This document shows positions 42,369 through 51,754 of a DNA stretch of 64,000 bases, one piece after another. The position numbers and the translations under genes are program-made. The notes below the pieces were generated by a model that was not told where the DNA came from, did not search any database, and saw nothing but the letters and a program-made list of their open reading frames with translations. Position 1 is the first letter of the stretch. Each line of letters opens with the position of its first letter. Origin of the DNA: Cyanophora paradoxa CCMP329 (Eukaryota > Plantae > Glaucophyta). The stretch is taken from positions 682,001-746,000 of the forward strand of contig QPMI01000408.1 in assembly GCA_004431415.1 (NCBI GenBank), written 5' to 3'.

Positions 42369-43459
42369 ATGTCCGGAGTGGAGCCCCTGAGCGCTCGGGC
42401 CCAGGAGGGGCGTTCCGCGTTGGCCACCGCCCTCGCGGCCGCGCGCACCTGGCTGGAGGAGAGCGAGTGGCACGAGAACGCGCGCATCGAAGTGCTCGAT
42501 GGCGTGCGCGAGACGTGGCTGTCCATCTCGCGGAAGGAGCCCGGCCTGGGCTTCGTTTGCGTTCGTGGCGGGCACAAGAATGAGGACATCCCCGTTGACG
42601 CGTTCCTCGACAGCGACGCAGCGCGCGGGCTGTACGACGCCGACACGTACGCCTGGACCTGCTGGAGGGTGCGCGCTCCCCGACCAGCCGGGCCGGTCGC
42701 CTAAGCTCTTAAGCTGTAGCGCGCGCCGCGCAGCCGAAGGGGCCGGACGGGAGCCAGTTCCTCAATCCCGGCGACGCTGTGCCGGAAGGCTTCAAGGTGA
42801 CGAGCTGGAGCCCCACGGGCGCGCGGGTCCTGGCGCGGGAAAAGTCGCCCGCCGCCCTCCGCGATACGGAGGACCAGGCGGAGTACGAAGCGCTGCGGAA
42901 GAAGCTCTACGAGGTGCCTCACGGCGCTAAATGTTTTCAACCCGACGCTTTGGTTCTGAGGTCTGGCCATTGCCCCGCCAGATCCTTTTCCCCGTGTGGG
43001 CGTCCGTTGTGGAGAGGAAGCGCCAAGCCGCATGGCTGGTCCGGATTCAGCCCCGCCGCTCTCCGGCCCGCGGCGCTGACCGCACGCCCGCATGCGCAGT
43101 CGGGACGCTCGACGGACGCGCTGACGTTCTTCTGCGAGTGGCTCCTGCTGAAGGGGCCGCTCGAGAAGGCCCGCTTCTTCCTCTCCGGCCCCTCCGAGGT
43201 GAGATCCGGCCGCCTCTTACCTGGTCATGGCATTGCCCGCCGGCTTTAGATCTGGCGGGACCGCGGCCCTGTGCGTTCTGATGCCGCTGGTCAGGAGGAG
43301 ATTGCAAAGGAGCTGGATGCAGGGGCGGCGCCGTCCGCGGAGGGGTACGTGGACGGGGACGGTCTCCTGAGGGGGTACTGCGCCTCTCAGAGACCTGCGG
43401 AGGCGCTGGACCTCTTCCGGGGGCGCCGGAGCGCGCTGTCCGCGGCCGCGCACCCCTGA
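42369..43459 (+). CDS. Unknown family protein A, one ~260-aa unit in 5 exons
   Basis: Phase-0 GT-AG exons join into an open frame: ...AARTWLEESEWHENARIEVLDGVRETW...DAFLDSDAARGLYDADTYAWTCWR|PKGPDG...KKLYE|ILFPVWASVVERKRQAAWL|SGRSTDALTFFCEWLLLKGPLEKARFFLSGPSE|EEIAKELDAGAAPSAEGYVDGDG...HP*. Exons are conserved between paralogs while introns diverge. Confidence 0.8.
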
Positions 43460-44070
43460 TCGATATCATCGTCCAATCTTTACTTCGTGCACGTGGCTTC
43501 GTTCACACTAGCTAGCGCTTAGCCATATTTCATATACATGTATCTTCGAATTCGGCTGCCAGGCTGAGTATTTCATGTACGTATTGCGGTATACGTATAT
43601 CTAGATCTTCCGAATTTCGGCGCGCGCGCGCGCCGGCCGGCGCCGGCGTCGCGGCCGCGTACGCGTCCGCGTGCGTGTACGCGGCCGCGCGAGGGCGCGG
43701 CCGGGGCGCGTATACGTACGTATACGCGGGCGTCGCAGTGTACGGCTCTAGCGCAGGCCTAGGCGCTGGCGCGAGCTCGAGCGGCAGCTGGTTGACTCAG
43801 TGAGCGTTCTTTATATTAGATCTCGTGCGCGTACCCGGGCCATGTTCTGGCCCCCGGTCCGGCATCGACGTACGCGTCGGCCGCCCGCCGGCAGCCGCGG
43901 TCGCGGGTGGTCTCGGTCTTGTGACGTGGTCTCGGCGCACTCGGCCCTTCGAATCAACCCTCAGCTGGGACGCACACAGCGACAGATTGCAGCTCCGATC
44001 AAACAGATCGTGGACAGCCGCGCGGCGGCACAGCTGAGCTAACGCTGAACGGCGTTGAGCGGAGCGGGAC

Positions 44071-46327
44071 ATGTCTGGAGCGGAGCCCTTGAGTGCTCGG
44101 GCCCAGGAGGGCCGCACGGCGCTGGCAGCCGCCCTCGCGGCCGCGCGCGCCTGGCTGGAGGAGAGCGAGTGGCACGAGAACGCGCGCATCGAAGTGATCG
44201 ACGGCGTGCGCGAGAAGTGGCTGTCCGTCTCGCGGAAGGAGCCGGGCCTGGGCTTCGTGCGCATTCGTGGCGGGCGCCGGCACAAGAACGAGGACATCCC
44301 CTTCGACGCGTTCCTGGACAGCGACGCGGCGCGCGCGCTGTACGACGCCGACACGTACGCTTGGACCTGCTGGAGGGTGAGCCTCGAGCTCGGCCCGCGG
44401 CCGCGCCCGCGCCGCTTTCGCTCCGGATCCCGCGCGTGGCCGCTCGAGCTCCTGTCTGAACCGTGAGCGCCGCGCAGCCGAAGGGGCCGGACGGGAGCCA
44501 GTTCCTCAATCCCGGCGACGCTGTGCCGGAAGGCTTCAAGGTGACGAGCTGGAGCCCCACGGGCGCGCGGGTCCTGGCGCGGGAAAAGTCGCCCGCCGCC
44601 CTCCGCGATACGGAGGACCAGGCGGAGTACGAAGCGCTACGGGACAAGCTGTACAAAGTGCGCTGCTTTTGAGTTTGCCTTGAAATTTGATCCCAGCGTG
44701 TGCAGCCGAATCTGAGGTCTTGCCTGCGCCGCGGCCCGGCCCGTTCTTGCCGCAGATAGTCTTTCGCGCATGGCAGCCGGTCGCGCGCGGCAAGCGCAAG
44801 GCGCCGTGGGAGGTTCGAATTAGCAGCCGCCCCTGCCCTCCGATCCCAGTGTCAGCTGCAGCTCAGGATGGCGCGCAGACCGCCCAATCCTCGGACGCGC
44901 TGACGTTCTTCTGCGAGTGGCTCCTGCTGAAGGCACCGCTCGAGAAGGCCCGCTTCTTCCTCTCCGGCCCCTCCGAGGCAAGTACCCCCTAGGCCTGGCC
45001 CGGCGGCCGGCGCCTCTGAGCAATCTCTTCTAACGCCGCTGGCCAGGAGGAGATGGCGAAGGAACTGGACGCGGGGGCGAACCCATCCGCCGAGGGGTAC
45101 GTGGACGAGGACGGCTACCTGAAGGGGTACGACTCCAACGTCGCTCGGCTGGAGTCTCTGGATCTGTTTCGGCGGCGGAGGGGGGAGCTGGCCATTGCCC
45201 AGCGGGGCGCCCGGGCCCAGGAGGGGCGGGGGGCGCTGGCGGCCGCCCTCGCGGCGGCGCGCGCCTGGCTGGAGGAGAGCGAGCGGCACGAGAGCGCGCG
45301 CATCGAAGTGCTCGACGGCGTGCGCAAGACGTGGCTCCTCCTCTCGCGCGAGGAGCCGGGCCCCGGCGTCGTGCTGGTGCAGCAGTTGTACCTCGGCCCC
45401 GGCGTGGAGGCGGAGATCCCCTTCGACGCGTTCCTCGACAGCGACGCGGCGCGCGCGCTGTACGACGCCGACACGTACGCCTGGACCTGCTGGAGGGTGC
45501 GCGCGCCTCGGCCGCCTGCGTCTGCGCCCGCGATCTCACCCGCGGGGGCCGCGCGCGTGATCATGAGCAGCCCATGGGGCCGGGCGACGTCGAGCGGAAG
45601 CCCGGGGACGAGCTGCCCGGGGGGTACAAGGCGGCGGTCCTGGAGCGGGACAAGTCGCCGGCCGCCCTCCGCGATACGGAGGACGAGGCGGGGTACCGGT
45701 CCATCCAAGAGAAGCTTTTCGACGTGAGTTGTCTTGCGCCCTAGCTTAAGGCGCGCATTTGGATCTGAGCACGAAGCTGAGGCTTCGCTCGGGCCCGCGG
45801 CCCTCGCTGGCGCAGCTGTTGTTTCCCGTGTGGCTGCCCGTCGCATCTGGAGAACGCGAAGCCGTGTGGCAGGTGCGCGCGGGCTCGGGCCGTCGCCCAT
45901 ATGCATGCGGCTCGCGCTGACGGCCGCGGCGCCCGCGCTCGCAGTCCGCCCAATCCTCGGACGCGCTGACGTTCTTCTGCGAGTGGCTCCTGCTGAAGGC
46001 GCCGCTCGAGAAGGCCCGCTTCTTCCTCTCCGGCCCCTCCCAGGTGTGCCGGGGGTACTCCAATCTATCTCGAGCTCGGCTTTGGCCGCCTTCGAAAATT
46101 CCGACGTCGACGTGCGCCGTTTCCAGGAGGCGATCGCCGCGGAGCTGGACGCGGGGGCGAACCCTTCCGCCGAGGGGTACGCGTACGTGGACGAGGACGG
46201 CTACCTGCAGGGGTACGACTCTGACGACCGGCCGCTCGAGGCGCTCGAACTGTTCCGCGGGCGCCGGGCCGCGCTGGCGCTGCAGCCGGCCCCGTTGGCC
46301 GCCCCTGCAGCAGCAGCGCAGCGCTAG
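44071..46327 (+). CDS. Unknown family protein B, two tandem units of the same domain
   Basis: The same five-exon unit occurs twice. The last exon of unit 2 runs in frame into the first exon of unit 3 (45048-45495). TAG at 46325-46327. Confidence 0.78.
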
Positions 46328-47008
46328 CCTCCTGGTCCGACGGTCGCAGCTCCTGTTTGAATCGAAGCGCTTTTAATATAGCATCGGAGGGCTGATTCTG
46401 CTGCCTTTTCCATATATGTATGCCCATGGCGATGCGCCCGCTTCGCTCTTAACCTGAGCCGAACCTGTCGACGTCCCTCGCACCGATGCCGTATCGAAGA
46501 ACAATTATCTTAAGCTTAAGCTTGCTGCAGCACAGGAAAGCGAGGGAAGCGAGGTAAGAACCGAGTAACTATAAGGCGGGGGGAGGGAAACCGGTACCGC
46601 GGGGCCGTGGGCGATGGCAGCTGCAGCGACGTCGACAGTTCTAGATCTAGAGTACGTATACGCGCAATTGCAAGGAGCCGGGACACCCTCCGATCCCCCT
46701 ATGCGCGCATGCCCTCCTCCTCCTCCGGAAGAAGAAGAAGCTTGTATTATATTTTTCTGAGCCTTTAGTGCAGCTGCAGTGAGCATACGGAGGCCCAGCA
46801 AGTGCACCATCACCCCTAGGCCTCTACATATCCACCGCCCCTAGCACGCGAGCCCCTTGACTCGACCCCGCCCGGCCTGGCCGACATGCCAACCGTCGTA
46901 AACTAAAAAAGACCGATATCTACACTCGAAAATCAACGAAGTTCGGGTTGCGGTTGCGAGTGCTATCGCGCCCGCCACGCGTACGCGCGCGCACGCCGGG
47001 TGCGGCTC

Positions 47009-49105
47009 CTAGGCGTCGAGCATGGCTTCCTCGGCGTAGAAGGCGGCGTCGGTGGCGAGGTCGGCCGCGAGGACGTCCAGCTCGTCCTCAATGCCGGCGT
47101 TCTGCGCCGCCGCGTTAAAACAAATTGGGTCATCCATACAGAGAAGAGAATTCGCGTATGTATAATGGGAATATTAATGCGAAAACCAGTCACCTCGCCC
47201 TGGTTGGGACCGCCCTGGACATGGTTGACGTCCTCGGCATCGATGGTGCCGTTCTTGATCTGGCCGACGTGCTTCCCGTTGTCGTCATTGTTCTTGATCT
47301 CGCCGAGGTGCTTGCCGGTCTCGGAGGAGTAGACCGAGCACGTGACGTTGCTCTCGTAGATGGCGTTCTTGATCTCGGCGCCGAGGATCGACGTGATCAT
47401 GTCCTTGGCTGGCATTCGCAACACGCTGAAGTCAGACGATATATAGAGATAAGATTACATTCGAGTTGGCGTACCGGCGCCGATCGTGGTCGCCGTGTTG
47501 ACCTGATCGAGTTGGGTCAGAGATGACATCGAAGCCTCGAACTGACCGGAACTACCTCGCTCGTGACGATCGAGCTGTTAACGGAGTCCACGGCGGTCTT
47601 GATCGAATCCGTGCTGGTGAGGATGGTGTCCACGGCGGTCTGGATGGCGCTCTGGATTTCGGCAGCCATGGAGGTCTTCAGGTCGGCGATCGCGCTGAGT
47701 ACGGCCGTATTGTCGAGGTTGCAGTCCGGAGCGGCGGGGCACGCCGGGACGTTGGCGATCGCCTCGAGAACCGCTGTGTTGTCGAGGTTGCAGGCGGGGG
47801 CGGCGGGGCATGCCGGAATCACCGGGGCGTCAGGGCACTGCACATGTACATGCAGACAGTGCAGTCCATGTCAGACACGCTCTTCCAATTTAATATTAAA
47901 ATTAAAATCGATTTCGCAGTAAATTCTCGACCTTCGGAACGGTGACGTCGGGGCACTTCGGAATGTCGCAAGGGCACGCGACCTCGGCTTCCGCGTGGGC
48001 GGAAATGGCATCTGCACTTAATTATGAGCACGTAAGAAACCAGATCTAGAGCTAGAAGCGTGCTCGAGATGCGAACCCTCCTGAATGCCCCTACCGCCGC
48101 AGTTGACGAACTCGTTCAAGGAGATCTTGCCGTCGGTGTCGCCTGCGGAACGACCTTCAATCTCGGAATTCGAACGAAGCAGCGCATCGATATTCGATGA
48201 TTCTGCATACCGATGGCCCATTTGTTGTCTGAAAATGGAACGAGCATGGGTATCGATGAAAAAATCATATGATCGATGGAAATAAATAAGTACCAGAGCG
48301 CATCTTGGTGGCGTCGTAAATGGAGATCTGACGAACAGTATTTGAGACGATATGTTTCGATTTGTACGCACACAATCGATTTTTTTTAAAACACGCACGG
48401 CAGTGCCGGCGTCGGATGTGCTCCTGCACGACCCGATCGTTAGTTTAAGTCACATGCAGCGCTAGCAACGTGAAAATTCTTAAGTAGCCGAAATGATGTG
48501 CGGACCCCATCTTCGTCAGGATATCAGCGAGCTCCGTCTGATCAGAACCATCAGCAATGTTCCGACCCGTGGCCAATTGCAATAATTAATCGATGCAAAC
48601 CTTCGAGATGAAGTGGTCAGAGTTGGTGTCAGCCGCGCGGAAGTCCGAGGGGTGGCCCTGCGCATGCCATCTGCGCAAGCCCGCGGGGTCCCAAAATGCG
48701 AATCCGCGCATGCGCACCTGGAAATCGAAGTTCGCCTTCACAGCAGCATCGATGACCTGCGCAGTGGCGCAGTGAGCGCAGCTGCGAGCGATCCCGAACG
48801 AGAATCGACCGCGCGTGGGCTGCACGCACGCCCACGAACTGCTTCCTGCGCGCAGACAGTCATGATCAGGACTTTTGCCAAGTTGCGGGCTGGAGTGCTC
48901 GCGCGCTGTATCGCTTATAATTAGCGAGCTCGAGCCTCGGAGGGTTTGCGCACGCGTCCTGGCCATCGGCCGCCCGGTAGTCGGCGGACCGCTTCACATC
49001 TTGGCACTTGTTCTGTACATGTGCGCCGGGAAAGTCGATAAGAGCGCGCTTGCGTGAACCACGGACACGGATGTCGCTTTAGAAGGCGCGCACGACGTTG
49101 CCCAT
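47009..49105 (-). CDS. Putative N-myristoylated EF-hand protein with Cys-Pro repeats, a helical stalk, a beta-repeat head and an acidic tail
   Basis: About 15 phase-compatible exons: MGNV|NKCQDVKRSADYRAADGQDA|KQF|VIDAAVKANFDFQ|GHPSDFRAADTNSDHFISK|TELADILTKMG|STSDAGTA|ISIYDATKMRS|DNKWAI|GDTDGKISLNEFVNCG|DAISAHAEAEVACPCDIPKCPDVTVPK|CPDAPVIPACP...|VNTATTIGA|AKDMITSILG...|NAGIEDELD...MLDA*. Confidence 0.72.
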
Positions 49106-49619
49106 GTTGACGCGTACGTGGCCTTGACTTAAGCTGTCTTGGAGCGAGCTGCTGCAATCTCCAGATCTGAAGGAGAGTGATCTAGATCTGCAGCTGAGAA
49201 GACTGAGATGCCTCCTCGGTTTTTGTTTCCGCTGCAAGGAGCACGTCCAGGACTTTTGATTTCGGCAGTTGGTTCGCAGAACCAGGCTCCTACCAGCAGC
49301 AGGCCTAGGCCGCAGTACCAGGCTACTACCAGCAGACCGATTGGGTCGCAGTACCTAGCAGACCGCAGCTGGCCCAGTGGGTCGCAGTACCAGCAGGAAT
49401 TATTTTGTATTATCGCAGTACAGCCTACACAATCAAAATTAAATAGGAGAGTGAGCCTCGGAGGACTCCGGGAAAGGAGCTTCGAATTCGGAATTCAAGG
49501 CTTCAAGGCTTGAAACTTGCCAAGTTGAAATTTAAAGCTTTCATGATCATTCGCGATCGCGAGCTGAGCGCTAGCGCCCGGCGGCCACCGTGCACGTGCA
49601 CCGGTATATATATAGACGA

Positions 49620-50660
49620 CTTATATACCGCGCTGACTAAACTACTGCGCTACCAAATTACCGCGCTCAAAAGTTTTATAACGCGGTAATTTGGTAGCGC
49701 GGTATACGTAATTGTCTTTTGCTTAGATTTGCTAACACTTTTGTATGGGCAGTACCCCAAATTGATGAAAACGCGCTAATTTGGTGCCGCGCTAAAGCGC
49801 CTACCTATACTTACATATATATCTATTATATACCGATCGCGAATCGCGATCACCGATACGGCGCCGCGCCGTAACGGCGGACCGTCGGCGGTACCAGTGT
49901 ACCACTCGGCATTCGCGAGCTCTCGAGTCGCGAAGGCCGCTCCGGTACCGTAGTACCGGCCGTCCAGTTGGTAGTAACTTGGTACCGGCAATTTTGCAAG
50001 CTTGCGACTCAATTCATCAAGTTGCGAGGCCCGCTGCAGGCTGCAGCCTGCAGGCTGTGCAGCTGCACTGCAGCCTGCAGCCTGCAGGCTGCAGCCTGCA
50101 GGCTCTCAGCCTGCAGCTGCATGCGCACCGGCTCTTATAAATTAGTAGCCGCTGAGCTATTCATGCAAACTCCCGGAGTCCGGTTCTTGGTACCAGTCTA
50201 CCGTCGCAATTGTCAATTGGTACCGGCCAAAGGAGGCTTCGGAGCTTGCAGCTTTCGGTACCGCAGCCGGTCGCGCCGCCTCGCGCCGCCTCGAGCTCGC
50301 GCCGCGAGTCGCGAATCTCGCGATCGCGCGCGCGCAAGTTCAAGTTACTCGCAAATTGACTCGCAAGCTGGCTACCAGCCTAGTACCAGGCTACGCAGGT
50401 ACCGTAGAACACATAAATACCGCGCCCACTTAATTACCGCGGTACCAAATTACCGCGCCGAGAATTTGTTAAAACGCGGTAATTTGGTCCCGCGGTAATT
50501 TGTTGCTGAGAGGTCGCCCCATACAGTACCCCCCCAAATACCGCCCCATACAAGCCTCAAATTTGTAAAAACGCGGTAATTTGGTAACGCGGTATTTTGC
50601 TCTATGGCGGGCCGCGTTTTTAAACGCGGTAATTTATGCCGCGGTAATTTAGTACTAGTG
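49620..50660. mobile_element. Non-autonomous DNA transposon relic, CACTA/EnSpm-like (Helitron-like 3' end is an alternative)
   Basis: Many copies of AAATTACCGCG in both orientations cluster at each end (49650-49790 and 50415-50650). A 19-bp perfect inverted repeat lies at 49647-49665/49682-49700. The right end is ...AGTACTAGTG, the reverse complement of CACTAGTACT. The left terminus is degenerate. Confidence 0.6.
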
Positions 50661-50766
50661 CCCGACGGTAGTCTAAAGTGACTCTAAACTTCTCCGGGAT
50701 CCAAAGTGGCTCTAAACTGCGTATACTGAGCACTATACTCAATGGGCTACTAGGCTACCGTGCCGA

Positions 50767-51054
50767 TTCCAGCAGGAGGCGATCGCCATGGAGGCTTTTG
50801 CAATTGAAGGAGCTGCTGGACGCGGGGGCGAACGGCCGCGAACCCGGCCCTTCGAATTCCGCCGAGGGGTACGTGGACGAGGACGGCAACCTGAAAGGGT
50901 TCGACTCTGACGCGTACGACCGTCGGATTGTTCGCTCGAGGCCTAACTTAGCTGCCTAAGCGCTCGCGCGCGGGGCCGGGCCGCGCTGGCGGCGCCTGGC
51001 GCTAGCGCTGCAGCCGGCCCCGTCGGCCGCCCCTGCAGCAGCAGCGCCCCGTAA
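50767..51054 (+). pseudogene. Decayed copy of the last exon of the 42-46 kb family
   Basis: Collinear with 46121-46327 (ELDAGAN..SAEGYVDEDG.L.G.DSD...gctgcagccggcccc.tcggccgcccctgcagcagcagcg), but interrupted by many short insertions and a stop. Confidence 0.85.
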
Positions 51055-51332
51055 GTAGTAATATATTAAAAATCAACAAAGCAATGATAAATCAAAGAAG
51101 ACGCAGGCAATCCGATGATCGGAACTTGATTCGGAAGCTCTTTAAGACATATGCATAATTATAAGGGCTCCAGTATACGTAGAAACATAGATTTTAAGAT
51201 AAAGGGAATGTGATCTTCATAAGGATTTCGAAAATTCTATCGTATAGCTAGTTCGAATTCTGTAGTACGCGAAGAATATAGAGCGAGATGCCCAGTTCAC
51301 TGAGTCACTGAGTCACAAGAGTACTACTACGT

Positions 51333-51528
51333 ATACTGCTGCTGTTTCTCAATCTCAGATCTATTAAGACAAGGACCAAGGAATAAAACTAAGAAACCAA
51401 GCTTAAGGACAAGGTCTAAGACTAGGGCAAGAGTTCAAATTAAAGCTAAGAAAGCTATCTACTGCTGCTGTTCCTCAGTCTGAGATCTTTTAAGACAAGC
51501 ATTAAGGACTAAAACTAAGAAACCAGTA
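51333..51528. repeat. Imperfect ~70-bp direct repeat, two copies
   Basis: tactgctgctgtttctcaatctcagatctattaagacaag...taaaactaagaaacc at 51333 versus tactgctgctgttcctcagtctgagatcttttaagacaag...taaaactaagaaacc at 51460. Confidence 0.75.
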
Positions 51529-51754
51529 CTAAAACTGAAAAAACAAGGACACGGGAGAGCGCCGGCGCAGAGATCTAGTACAGAAAAAAGCCAGTGCCGG
51601 CGCCGACAGGGAGCTGTGCGCCTGTTGATTCAATGCGCGCGCGCATTCGAACGATTGCGAGCCTGTAAATCATTACGTGCTTAATGTATATTAACCAGCG
51701 GCGTGGGCCGGCCGGCCGCGGCTCATGTGATCGGTGCCGGTGCCGGTGCCGGTG

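Noticed and set aside
43590-43790. Palindrome clusters as vector or polylinker contamination
   Set aside because: They recur in many intergenic gaps with different sequences, grade into genomic sequence, and no vector backbone features are present.
47240-47345. VYSSETGKHLGEI as a colicin E3-like RNase motif
   Set aside because: The upstream catalytic WDxxHGxxE motif is absent, and the segment is tandemly repeated like a structural beta-hairpin.
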